Source of the DNA: a virus
IMG/VR virus record: IMGVR_UViG_3300035698_004085
Coordinates: 32,001-96,000 of that record
Direction: 5' to 3' (one strand)
DNA: 64,000 nucleotides
Position numbers and translations under genes: made by a program. This document shows, piece by piece, positions 31,157 through 40,491 of this stretch. Position 1 is the stretch's first letter; each line of letters begins with the position of its first letter. Under the pieces are notes generated by a model. The model did not search any database. It was not told where the DNA came from and worked only from the letters and a program-made list of their open reading frames with translations.

Positions 31157-32179
31157 ATGGCTTTGAACCTAAATGATTATTTGGAAACGATGATAACGAA
31201 GGTTATGCACAGCCCTAATGGGTCTGTGCTTGCTGGAAGCTTGCTTAAGTGGAAGCCTCTTATCTATTCAACTATTCTTAAGCTGATGAAAGTCACTAAG
31301 CGTACTCAAGAAGAAGCATTTCAGGATCTTATGGTTCCTTTAGCTAGGATTAGTTCTCTATATCCTGTTATTCTTTATCGCTATGACGGAAAGATTTATG
31401 AGGAAGTTGAAAGAGACGGAAAGCTTGTTAAACTCACTACTGTTCGTTATAACAAGCAAAAAACTGTAACAATTTGGGTTAGGGAAGAGAAGGTTGAAAG
31501 GGTAAAGAAGGCAAAGTTTAGTTCTTTAATCTATAACAAGATTCGTCAAGAAGCTTGCGTAATGAATAGGGCGCATTTTACTCAAAAGAATGGCTATGAA
31601 GTAACAAAGATCACAAAAACCAAAGTGAAGACAAACAGCACTAAAGGACCTAAGTCGAAAACGGTTGATTTTAAAGAGGTTCAAAAGTTCGCACGTATTT
31701 ATAGCTTGGGTGATTCTTGTGTCAGTACTAATGATTCTGAAGGTGATAGGACCTATGAAGACGTTATTGCTTCTGACTCTATTTCTCCTGAGGTGATAGC
31801 TGAGGGTTTTGACACTTTTACCAGCGTTTCTGAGGCTATTTCGCTTATTTCTAAAAAAGCATTAGCGTATATTTATGAAAAACCGGAAATTACAAGTAAA
31901 GAACTGAGGCAGAAGCTTAAGGTAACGAATAAGAAACTAGGGTTTATCCGTAGGGAGATAAAAGAGGCGACAGACAAGTATCAAGGGCTTACGAGAAAGT
32001 CTGCGTATGCTCCTTATGCTATTTATGAGGATAACTACTATTATCTGGATGAGTCGTATGGATCTGTAGTAGTTATTAGGCTGGGAGATTCGAAGAAGTA
32101 TGTTAATAGGGACGCTGTTAAAATCGAAGAGGAGATGTCTTATCGGACGCCTGTTCATTTTAGCGCGGATTTAATTTAA
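31157..32179 (+). CDS. Divergent sigma70-family RNA polymerase sigma factor
   Basis: Region 2-like WKPLIYSTI...EEAFQD...KFSSLIYNKIRQE. Region 3.2-like SLGD...GDRTYEDVI....SPE. Region 4 HTH TSKELRQKLKVT..KL..IR. Confidence 0.6.
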   Translation: MALNLNDYLETMITKVMHSPNGSVLAGSLLKWKPLIYSTILKLMKVTKRTQEEAFQDLMVPLARISSLYPVILYRYDGKIYEEVERDGKLVKLTTVRYNKQKTVTIWVREEKVERVKKAKFSSLIYNKIRQEACVMNRAHFTQKNGYEVTKITKTKVKTNSTKGPKSKTVDFKEVQKFARIYSLGDSCVSTNDSEGDRTYEDVIASDSISPEVIAEGFDTFTSVSEAISLISKKALAYIYEKPEITSKELRQKLKVTNKKLGFIRREIKEATDKYQGLTRKSAYAPYAIYEDNYYYLDESYGSVVVIRLGDSKKYVNRDAVKIEEEMSYRTPVHFSADLI

Positions 32180-32188
32180 GGTTTAATT

Positions 32189-33346
32189 ATGCAGATACAG
32201 GTATTCAAGAATAAGCTTTTAGTAGACTTTGACTTAATTTCGGAGTTTGGAAAAGCGGCTGAAAAAGCTATTAACGATATTAAGTTTATTTACCTTTCGT
32301 ATGATGGTAAGGAATTTACTATGTTTTCTGAGGAGGGAAGCATGGGTTCTATTGTTGTAGCTAAGGTGAAAGTTGCTCCAGAAGAGATTAAGGGAGATTT
32401 GCCTTATTTTTCAGCTGGCGTTGAGGCTATTCCTTTTTTATCTTTTGTGAAGAAGTTGTATAGTGGTTTTATTACTATTAAAATGGGGAAAAAGTCTAAG
32501 TTGTTGTGTGAGGAAGACAATATTAAGGGATCTTTCCCAATTGTGAGTCCTAAAGCTTATTTTAGTCTTCCTACGGGTACTTCTTTGTCAGGTGAGCATA
32601 AGGATTGGATTGTTAATAGTCTTATTGATTGTCTGTCATCGGTTGAAGAGGCTTCTAAGTCTTCAGCTTTGGGTCCTTTTCCTGGAATGCTTCTTGACAC
32701 TACGGATTTTGCTTCAAGGATTTGTAAGTTTTCAAATATCTCTTTGTATTTGTCCTCAAATACTCCCGTTTTCGCAAAGAGTTGTAGGCTTGTGATTTCT
32801 GACAATATTGCTAAGATTGCGAAAGCCTTTCAGAAATCAATCTCTGAAATTATTTTTACAGAAAATTCTATAGGTTTGTTTTTAAAGCACGGAACTGTGG
32901 TATATAATACGCAGCCTGAGGATGCTTATCCTCTTTCGTATATTGCCGGGTTAAACCTTACTGATAGTGTGTGCATGATTCCTAATGACCTTTTAAATTA
33001 TGTGTTTGAAACTCCTCATTTACTGAATGCGGTAGACTTGGTTGCTACTACTTTGGGTGATGCGGAGTCTTGGGTTACTTTAGCTCAGGTTGGGGAGACA
33101 ACTGATAACAAGAATTTGGTGTGGAAGGTAAGTGGTCATTCGTTTAAGGGTCTTGAGGTTCAGGAAGAGGTTCTTAGCTCTTTGGGTAAGCCAATTGATC
33201 CTTTTTCGGTTAATAAGAAAAGAATGTTGAGATGTTTATCAGTATTTGAAGAGGAGGTTAAGGCGTATGATTTGAGTTCTTCTGCTCTTGCCTTATCAAA
33301 TGATTCTGGAACAAAAGTAGCGTTGTTAATTAAAGCGAACGTATGA
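32189..33346 (+). CDS. dnaN: DNA polymerase III beta sliding-clamp-like protein
   Basis: 385 aa with three-domain clamp-like pattern (MQIQV.K..L; V.A..F..FVKKL; AYFSLP; GMLL; DAYP; N...ML..L). DnaX is in the same module. Confidence 0.6.
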   Translation: MQIQVFKNKLLVDFDLISEFGKAAEKAINDIKFIYLSYDGKEFTMFSEEGSMGSIVVAKVKVAPEEIKGDLPYFSAGVEAIPFLSFVKKLYSGFITIKMGKKSKLLCEEDNIKGSFPIVSPKAYFSLPTGTSLSGEHKDWIVNSLIDCLSSVEEASKSSALGPFPGMLLDTTDFASRICKFSNISLYLSSNTPVFAKSCRLVISDNIAKIAKAFQKSISEIIFTENSIGLFLKHGTVVYNTQPEDAYPLSYIAGLNLTDSVCMIPNDLLNYVFETPHLLNAVDLVATTLGDAESWVTLAQVGETTDNKNLVWKVSGHSFKGLEVQEEVLSSLGKPIDPFSVNKKRMLRCLSVFEEEVKAYDLSSSALALSNDSGTKVALLIKANV

Positions 33347-33359
33347 GAGGGATATTAGT

Positions 33360-34085
33360 ATGGCAAAATTGTTACCAAAGAAAATTCTAGATGAAGAAAT
33401 AGCGGCTAAGCTAGCCAGTTATTATAAATTGGATGACAGGAGTTTTGATTCCCGCGATTTGTTAGACTGGGAGTGTTTTTCACATCCTAGTTTAGAGTTG
33501 CATGAGTGTAATTCTAGATCTCTTCTTCCAGGAAGGCACGCATGTAAAAGTTGTGGAAATAAGCCTGGGAAAGTGTGTGACATCTCATGTGATATTCAAA
33601 ACTTCTGTTTAGCTGTTTATGCATGGCGTATGGGAATTGGTGGAGAAGATTTTGATGCTGCTATGGACAATAACTTATATAAACTAAGACCTGAAGCGCT
33701 ATATGCAAAAGTAATTAAGACATTTAGCAAAGAGGAGCTTGAAGAAGTAGTAGTTAAGAATGAAATTGCTATACCAGCTTTTGTTAAAGATTCTGAAGAG
33801 GAGGAGCCTGTGGAGTTATCATCTAGGAATAAGCGTATGTCTGAGGCTAAAAACTCAGCATTGGAATCTAAAAACGGGGATGACTTGTTGACTATTCAGG
33901 AAGCAGCTGAAGACTATGGTTGTACTTATGCAAATATCTATAATTACGTAAAGAACGGTAGAATTCCCTCTTTGAAGGATTCTGGCAAAGTAAAAGTGAA
34001 AAGGTCTGCTCTAGATCTGTTTAAATCTCGCACTCACGGAAAGCGAAAGCCCAGTACAAAGGAGAGAGCTAATTATGGTAGTTAA
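33360..34085 (+). CDS. Cys-cluster protein with C-terminal excisionase-type HTH
   Basis: LLTIQEAAEDYGCTYANIYNYVKNGRIP; six N-terminal Cys. Confidence 0.7.
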   Translation: MAKLLPKKILDEEIAAKLASYYKLDDRSFDSRDLLDWECFSHPSLELHECNSRSLLPGRHACKSCGNKPGKVCDISCDIQNFCLAVYAWRMGIGGEDFDAAMDNNLYKLRPEALYAKVIKTFSKEELEEVVVKNEIAIPAFVKDSEEEEPVELSSRNKRMSEAKNSALESKNGDDLLTIQEAAEDYGCTYANIYNYVKNGRIPSLKDSGKVKVKRSALDLFKSRTHGKRKPSTKERANYGS

Positions 34086-34344
34086 AGAAAAAGAGGGACG
34101 TGACTTTGTTCATGAGATTAAATCTGGAAGTGTAGTTATCGAAATCTACCGGAAGACTGAGCCTCATACTGGCAGGGTTTATTTTGATTATAGAGTTGGC
34201 AGGGAATTCTTTGTAGGAGACGATGAAACCGCTCGTGGTCCTTTTTGTCAGCAAAGAGACTTGAGGGATAATGTTAGAGCGCTAATTGATGTGCAAGAGT
34301 GGGTAAGTTCTCAGCATAGAGACATCAGAAATAATTCTTATTAG
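34075..34344 (+). CDS. Hypothetical protein
   Basis: 89-aa ORF with GGAG RBS. Confidence 0.55.
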   Translation: MVVKEKEGRDFVHEIKSGSVVIEIYRKTEPHTGRVYFDYRVGREFFVGDDETARGPFCQQRDLRDNVRALIDVQEWVSSQHRDIRNNSY

Positions 34345-34355
34345 GAGTTTTAGCT

Positions 34356-36563
34356 TTGTTTTTTAATAATGTAACAATTCCTTCTACTTATATGCTTGTA
34401 GACTCTCCTCGTAAGCTTGCGTGGCTTAGAGAGCGTTTATTGGCTTCTCCAGAGTTTGGGTTTGACATTGAGAATTCTCACCCCACTTTGAAAAACAAAG
34501 AGAAGGTAAGAGCTTATACTCGAACAACTACTATTTATATTTCTGGTATTTCTTTTGCTTGGGGAAGAACCGGCGTTCAAGATCCTTGGGAACCTGGAAA
34601 TGCTGCTTATATTCCCTTGACAAAAGCTGATGATTCTCCTTATTGGGGAGAGAGACAAGATGCAGTTGTTCAAGTTCTTAAATCAATACTAGAAACCGAT
34701 ATTCCAAAGGTTGCTCATAATGGTAAGTTCGATGTTTCCGAGCTAGCTAAAAGACTAGGAATTTATACTAGAGGTTTATGGTTTGACACAATGCTTGCTC
34801 ACGCTCTATTGGATGAGGAAAAGCTAGGAAGCTCTCATGCCCTTAAATCCGATTTTGATAAGCAGGGTCGTATTTTTAAGATGGGAGTTTCAGACTATTA
34901 CTTGAATACCGAAGCTAGTTGTTTTAAAGAAGACTTGGGATCTGCTCTGACTCACTATGATCCTCATTACAGAAGGTATTCCAAGGTTCCTCTTGACATT
35001 ATGTATCCTTATGCCTGTGCTGACTCTGATTTAACTTTTGCTTTAAGGCATGTGTTCTATCCCATGCTTCAAAAGGAAGAGACTCTCTGGGTTTTTCAAA
35101 ACGTGGTTATGCCGCTTCAACATTCAATTATGATGATGGAGATGCACGGTTGTCCTTTGAATATTACGAGAGCTAAATCAGTTGAAAAAGAGCAAAAGGA
35201 ATTGATGGTTAAATACGAGGCTGAAGTACATGCTTTGGCGGGAAAGATATTTAATGTAGGATCTGGAGAACAATTAGGAAATTTCCTGTTTGATGAACTA
35301 GACCTTCAACCTCGTCAACGTAATAAAAGAGGTTGGGTAGTAGATGTAGAAGCTCTTGATAAATTAGACCATCCAATTATCGAGCCAATAAAGCATTATA
35401 GAAGAGCGCAGAAGATTCAGTCTACTTATGCTAGCTCAGCTTTAGATCTAGTTCAAGAGATAACTAATGATGGTCATGTAGGTTGGGTACATCCTAGTAT
35501 TTGGCTAGACGGAGTAACAGGAAGACTTAAATGCCAAGATCCAAACCTTACAAATCTTCCAAGACCTGAGAATGGTGGAGATATTGTAAAGTCAATGTGG
35601 CAAGGCGGAGACGACTACGTATTCCTTTTTAAAGACTTCTCCCAAATTGAGCTACGGGTAATTGCTCATGTGTCTGGAGAACCAACTTGGATTGATGGTT
35701 TTAATGCCGGTTACGACATGCACGCAGCTATGGCAAAAACTATTTTTCATTTAGATTGCCCAGTGGACCAAGTTAAGGACCTTTATAAATCGGAAAGGTC
35801 TTACGCGAAGACTATTAACTTTGGAATTGCTTATGGTGAGTCTGTTTACGCTCTTGCAGAAAAGCTGGAGTTGACTTATGAAGAGGCTAATAAATTAGTT
35901 AATGAAGACTATTTTGGTGCTGCTCCTACTCTGAAAGCCTGGATAGACTATACTCATCAGTTCTCTGAGGACGAGGGCTACGTTTATAACATGTTTAAGC
36001 GGCGTAGGCATCTTCCTAACGCTCAGATCATAGTTCCTGACAGTGCTCCCTGGCCGAAGTACAATGACCGTCCTGCATGCTATAGGGACTGCGTGAAGCC
36101 TATGCATATTGGGTTTGCTCAAGGCGAGTGTGACCTTTATTCGATGCCTGAAGATCACTTGAAGGGTTTGATCCAGACTTATAAGAGAACTCACCATTTT
36201 AAGTGCAAGGAATGTCCTTATATTCGATCTTGCTTTATTAATTCTGAGGTTAAGTATCTTGACGGTACTAAGAAGAGAGCTTTGAGGCAGAGTGTTAACT
36301 CAATTATTCAAGGTTCTGCTGCTGATATGAGTTCGATGGCTTTAGTCTGGATCACTGAAGAGCTTAGAAGACAGAATGTAAGATCTCGCCCATGTTTGTA
36401 TATTCATGATGAGATTGGTTGCTATACGCATAAAGACGACGTTGAGAAAGCTGAGAGAATTATGGAAGACTGTATGGTTCGAAGATTAAAAGAGTTCACT
36501 AATTTTAGTGTGCCTATTGTGACTGACACTGAGATTGTTCAATGTTGGGGCGATAAGAAATAA
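34356..36563 (+). CDS. polA: Family A DNA polymerase with 3'-5' exonuclease (no 5'-3' exo)
   Basis: FDIE, HNGKFD, YACAD; TGRL...PNL.N.P; motif A DFSQIELR; motif B RSYAKTINFGIAYG; motif C IHDE. Confidence 0.95.
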   Translation: MFFNNVTIPSTYMLVDSPRKLAWLRERLLASPEFGFDIENSHPTLKNKEKVRAYTRTTTIYISGISFAWGRTGVQDPWEPGNAAYIPLTKADDSPYWGERQDAVVQVLKSILETDIPKVAHNGKFDVSELAKRLGIYTRGLWFDTMLAHALLDEEKLGSSHALKSDFDKQGRIFKMGVSDYYLNTEASCFKEDLGSALTHYDPHYRRYSKVPLDIMYPYACADSDLTFALRHVFYPMLQKEETLWVFQNVVMPLQHSIMMMEMHGCPLNITRAKSVEKEQKELMVKYEAEVHALAGKIFNVGSGEQLGNFLFDELDLQPRQRNKRGWVVDVEALDKLDHPIIEPIKHYRRAQKIQSTYASSALDLVQEITNDGHVGWVHPSIWLDGVTGRLKCQDPNLTNLPRPENGGDIVKSMWQGGDDYVFLFKDFSQIELRVIAHVSGEPTWIDGFNAGYDMHAAMAKTIFHLDCPVDQVKDLYKSERSYAKTINFGIAYGESVYALAEKLELTYEEANKLVNEDYFGAAPTLKAWIDYTHQFSEDEGYVYNMFKRRRHLPNAQIIVPDSAPWPKYNDRPACYRDCVKPMHIGFAQGECDLYSMPEDHLKGLIQTYKRTHHFKCKECPYIRSCFINSEVKYLDGTKKRALRQSVNSIIQGSAADMSSMALVWITEELRRQNVRSRPCLYIHDEIGCYTHKDDVEKAERIMEDCMVRRLKEFTNFSVPIVTDTEIVQCWGDKK

Positions 36564-36573
36564 GGGAGGATTT

Positions 36574-37416
36574 ATGATTACTAATAAAAAAGCGTTTAAA
36601 AGGTTGATTCCATTCTTGACAAAAGAGGACCAGCGTAAGATTGGTCAAAACTTGTCAATGAGTGAGCTAGGAGACGTTCTGCTTAATGGGCATATGGCTA
36701 TGGAGACTGAGATTGAACAAGTAGAATCTCAGATTAAAGAGCTTAGAGCTTATGTGGTAGATGTTGACGCAGATCTTTATGAAGTAGAGTTCCTTATCAA
36801 CTTTTATAAGACTATTGTAAAGTCTTGTAAGGGTCTTGGGTTTATTTCTGAAAAGATTCATACTTGGCTAGATGAGTTTGTAGCAACTCGGATGGAGGAT
36901 TCTGAGGAAGAGCCTGACGTTTTTACAAAGGCAGCTGAAAAACATCTTAAAGGAGAGTTTCTATCAGATACCAATGAGTGTGAAGAGGAAGAGGCTTGTC
37001 CTTCAGACGTTGACTCTTGCGAGAATTGCGAATTTAGAGAGCAGTGTGAAGAAGACATTAAAGATGACGAATATGACCTTGAAGAAGATGAAGGTGACTG
37101 TGAATGTGATTGTGAGCGTGACTGCTGTTATCTAGAATGTTACAGCGGAGAGTGTAAAGAATGTAGCGATTCTTCTGAAGAAGTTGATATGTTTTCAGAT
37201 GATTTAGTTGTTGAAGCTGCTATGGAAGCCTCGGCAATGTGGATGCATGGAATTGTTGCCGATGAGCACTATTTTCATGTTGTCGGTTTTATAATTAAGC
37301 TTGCTGACAGGGTTGATACTTCTTTTAATATGGATGAAGCGGAAGACATTCTAATTAACTGTTCAAGAATTGCTAATCAGCATGACAATATTTGGTATGT
37401 GAAAGAAGAGGCATAA
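36574..37416 (+). CDS. Hypothetical acidic, Cys-rich protein
   Basis: GGAGG RBS before ATG 36574; CENCEFREQC and CECDCERDCC...C...CKEC. Confidence 0.6.
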   Translation: MITNKKAFKRLIPFLTKEDQRKIGQNLSMSELGDVLLNGHMAMETEIEQVESQIKELRAYVVDVDADLYEVEFLINFYKTIVKSCKGLGFISEKIHTWLDEFVATRMEDSEEEPDVFTKAAEKHLKGEFLSDTNECEEEEACPSDVDSCENCEFREQCEEDIKDDEYDLEEDEGDCECDCERDCCYLECYSGECKECSDSSEEVDMFSDDLVVEAAMEASAMWMHGIVADEHYFHVVGFIIKLADRVDTSFNMDEAEDILINCSRIANQHDNIWYVKEEA

Positions 37417-37418
37417 GA

Positions 37419-38258
37419 ATGGGCGCAATTTCAGTTAATGGAAATCTGTATGAAATCGGAGTTCCTGTTATGCGGTGGGATGAACCCGGAGGATATAACG
37501 GCTATTCAACCAAGAAGTATGTAACGGAGGTTGAAGATCGTAAGACAGGAAAGGTTAAAAAGAAGGTTGTTAAGGGGAAACGCTATTCTAAAAGGGCGCT
37601 AACTCAAGCTGGTGCAATTAAGAAGGTGTCGAGTTTTACCATTCATCATACGGGCGGCTATACGCCTGGATCTTGCTTCAACACTCTTCATAATGATAGG
37701 AAATTATCGGTTCATTTTATTATAGATGACTTCGGAACTATTTATCAAACTCTAGATGTCATTGAAAAAGCTTGGCATGCTGGTTCTCAGAATAAGTGTA
37801 GTGTTGGGGTTGAGTGCTGTTTAAGACCTGATGCCAAGAAACATCCTGACGCATATAGAGCGTCAAAGTGTGCTCGATTAGGTCTTGCTCCACATGAGGA
37901 GATCATTAGTCAGCATATTCAAGGGTCTGACAAGTCTGTTTATGCTATGCCCAAAGATCAGGTTGAATCTCTGTCTAAGCTGGTAGCAGGAGTTTGGCAC
38001 GCTAGAAGTAAAGAACTTCCGCCTGACTATTCGTTAAAGGCTTATGTTCCTCCTATTTTTCCAGGAGTTGAAGGTGATATTCCGACTGATTTTAGCCCTG
38101 CTTATAAAAAGCATGTTGGATTGGTTTTACACGCTCATGTGTCTCCTCGTAAATGGGATGCAGCAGGATTGCGCTTGCGAGAGTTCGAGCTAAGCGTTGC
38201 TGAAGACTTTAGAAAGTTTCAGAAGGATGCAAGTTTAGGATTGTTCGATAATGACTAA
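37419..38258 (+). CDS. N-acetylmuramoyl-L-alanine amidase (Amidase_2) endolysin
   Basis: IHHT; SVHFIID..G.IYQ; AWHAG..N..SVGVE; H......KWD. Confidence 0.85.
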   Translation: MGAISVNGNLYEIGVPVMRWDEPGGYNGYSTKKYVTEVEDRKTGKVKKKVVKGKRYSKRALTQAGAIKKVSSFTIHHTGGYTPGSCFNTLHNDRKLSVHFIIDDFGTIYQTLDVIEKAWHAGSQNKCSVGVECCLRPDAKKHPDAYRASKCARLGLAPHEEIISQHIQGSDKSVYAMPKDQVESLSKLVAGVWHARSKELPPDYSLKAYVPPIFPGVEGDIPTDFSPAYKKHVGLVLHAHVSPRKWDAAGLRLREFELSVAEDFRKFQKDASLGLFDND

Positions 38259-38490
38259 GTTTATACAGGTATGGGTGACACAGGCTTTTTTAAACAAAGG
38301 ATTATACGGGAGAGCTAAAATGAAAGAAGAACGAGTAATTAAATGGCAGTCTCCGGGAAGTGATGTTATTCATACAATTCCTGAAGTTGCTAAAGTTTGG
38401 TTTGAAACTAAAAGAGAATATGCGGAAATTTCCTTTGTAGAAGACGCTGAGGGAACTCCTACTATCTTTATTGAGGCGGAGGATCTATAA
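38251..38490 (+). CDS. Hypothetical protein
   Basis: 79-aa ORF tiling the operon. Confidence 0.5.
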   Translation: MTKFIQVWVTQAFLNKGLYGRAKMKEERVIKWQSPGSDVIHTIPEVAKVWFETKREYAEISFVEDAEGTPTIFIEAEDL

Positions 38491-38492
38491 TC

Positions 38493-38681
38493 ATGGATAA
38501 AGAGAAGAAGGCTTTACTGTTAGAGGCTATTACTTGGTATCTTAGGTTTCGTAAGTCAGAAGATACCCATTTTAAGTATGATCTTAAGGATATTATCTAT
38601 GAAATCTCTGATGATGCTGAGTTAGAGCTTTCAGATGATATGATTGATGAACTTGCTGCAGACTTTTTTGACGTGATTTAG
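38493..38681 (+). CDS. Hypothetical acidic protein
   Basis: 62-aa ORF tiling the operon. Confidence 0.5.
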   Translation: MDKEKKALLLEAITWYLRFRKSEDTHFKYDLKDIIYEISDDAELELSDDMIDELAADFFDVI

Positions 38682-38707
38682 TATATTGTTTTTAGAGGTA
38701 GTTTTAT

Positions 38708-39829
38708 ATGAGTTATTTATCAATTGCTAGGAAATATCGCCCAGACTTCTTTGGGCAAGTTTTTGGACAAACCACGTCTAAGCGGATCTTGGTTAATTCA
38801 ATTTTAATGAACCACGAGATCAATGCAATGCTTATTACGGGGATAAGAGGAACCGGTAAGACTACTCTGGCTAGAATTTATGCGAAATCGCTTAATTGTC
38901 TGAATTTTAAAAACGCTAATGAGCCTTGTAATGCTTGTGAGTCTTGTTTAGAAGCCAATAACGGCACACATCCAGACATTCATGAGTTTGATGCGGCTTC
39001 AAACAATGGTGTAGACTTTATTAGGGATCTTGAGCCTCTTGCTCGTCAACGAAGTGCTTATGAAAGGAAAGTAATAATCTTTGACGAAGTTCATATGTTT
39101 ACTCCGCAAGCACAGAATGCGTTTTTAAAACTGTTAGAAGAACCTCCTAAAAATTTGACATTTATTTTGGTTACAACGGAGGCTGAGAAGTTGTTAGGAA
39201 CGATTAGGTCTAGGTGTTTGAGCATGCCTTTAAAGCCCTTATCGCCTTTTGAAATTGAAGAGAGTATTAAGTATATTTTAACACAAGAAGGTAAAGAGAT
39301 CGATGAAGGTTTTGTGACTTCTTTAAGTTTGGTAGGAGGTGGAGCTTTGAGGGACGTTCAACAGATATTGGATAATGTGTTATTGGCAGCTGGACCTAAC
39401 GGAGAATTAAACGAGGCGTTATTAGAAGAAGCGGTTGGTATTATAACGGTTGCTCAGTATAAGAAGCTAGCTGCTGTTTTAACGTCATTAAACCTAAATA
39501 CTATGATTGGCGCGGTTAGAGAGTGGCATAATGCAGGGATGAATCTGTCTCAATTGTATACAGTGGGAATTCCTGCTTTATTGAGGGACTGTGCAGTCTG
39601 TTTGTCTGATTCTTATAGTGACGGTTTAACGCTTTATACCGGAATTCCTTACGAAATGTTTAAGTTGAAGTTAAATTTGAGCGTTGAGTATATTAAATTT
39701 ATTCAGGATGCTTGGGTAGAGTTCTTCGAAATGATGAAAGAAGCTTCCCATCCTAAAATTGTTTGGGAAATGTTCTTTGTTAAAATTTGTCAGCTTCCAG
39801 AAGAAGTTGTAGAAAAGAGTGATTATTAA
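38708..39829 (+). CDS. dnaX: Clamp loader, DNA polymerase III gamma/tau-like
   Basis: ARKYRP; GIRGTGKTT; C..PC..C..C; DAASNNGVD; DEVHM; AFLKLLEEPP; TIRSRC. Confidence 0.95.
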   Translation: MSYLSIARKYRPDFFGQVFGQTTSKRILVNSILMNHEINAMLITGIRGTGKTTLARIYAKSLNCLNFKNANEPCNACESCLEANNGTHPDIHEFDAASNNGVDFIRDLEPLARQRSAYERKVIIFDEVHMFTPQAQNAFLKLLEEPPKNLTFILVTTEAEKLLGTIRSRCLSMPLKPLSPFEIEESIKYILTQEGKEIDEGFVTSLSLVGGGALRDVQQILDNVLLAAGPNGELNEALLEEAVGIITVAQYKKLAAVLTSLNLNTMIGAVREWHNAGMNLSQLYTVGIPALLRDCAVCLSDSYSDGLTLYTGIPYEMFKLKLNLSVEYIKFIQDAWVEFFEMMKEASHPKIVWEMFFVKICQLPEEVVEKSDY

Positions 39830-40488
39830 TGTTTGTAAATGATAAACAAGGATCTCAATGGGCTTTAGACGAAGGCTTGCGAGAGATGGCTAGAAGGCTG
39901 ATTCAGAAGCATGATGACTTGGTAGGGCATGTTAATTTGTCTCAAGTGGTTTTTATGAGGTTTACTGGATCAAAAAAGGCTAATTGGATGGGGAAATGCT
40001 TTTTGATTAATAAAGCGCCTCAGACTATTATTGCTAAATACGTCGTTAGCAAACTTGCTGAATATGGCTTGATGGATTTGTCTCAGATTGTGGGAATTGA
40101 ATCAGATTTGTTTGACCTTCACTATATTATTGCTATTAATGACGATGCAATTGGGGCTTCTCCTGCTTATCCTGATAAGATTGAAGAGATCACTTTGCTT
40201 CATGAGCTTATGCACATTTCTGAGTGTAACGAAAAGCTGGTTAAGCATAATAGTGAAGACTTTACTGAAATCCTGGATAAGTTTGGAGTTCACTGGGTTG
40301 AGGGTATCTTCGAGGAAGAAGAAGCGGTTAAAGCTGAGATTAAAGAACTAGCTGAGAGCCTTGTTGCAGCAGGAGCGTCTATCTCAACTGGTCCTCAAAA
40401 AGTGCGTAGGGATAATAAGGACATTCCAGTAATGCCTCAGTTTAATTTCCCTGCACCTGAGACAATGACTCCTGAAGAATCGAGCTAA
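39829..40488 (+). CDS. Putative phage metallopeptidase
   Basis: LLHELMHI...KHNSEDF.EI..KFG. Confidence 0.75.
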   Translation: MFVNDKQGSQWALDEGLREMARRLIQKHDDLVGHVNLSQVVFMRFTGSKKANWMGKCFLINKAPQTIIAKYVVSKLAEYGLMDLSQIVGIESDLFDLHYIIAINDDAIGASPAYPDKIEEITLLHELMHISECNEKLVKHNSEDFTEILDKFGVHWVEGIFEEEEAVKAEIKELAESLVAAGASISTGPQKVRRDNKDIPVMPQFNFPAPETMTPEESS

Positions 40489-40491
40489 AGA

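Noticed and set aside
22861-32179. TAG immediately followed by an in-frame ATG (23064/23065 and 31156/31157), suggesting amber recoding
   Set aside because: Conserved genes (RecA, PolA, DnaX, SbcC) are intact in code 11 with no internal TAG, and a TAA-ATG junction also occurs (28823/28824). Tight packing explains it.
36019-36270. Intein or intron in the DNA polymerase
   Set aside because: The insert is in frame, short and lacks intein C1/A1...HN termini.
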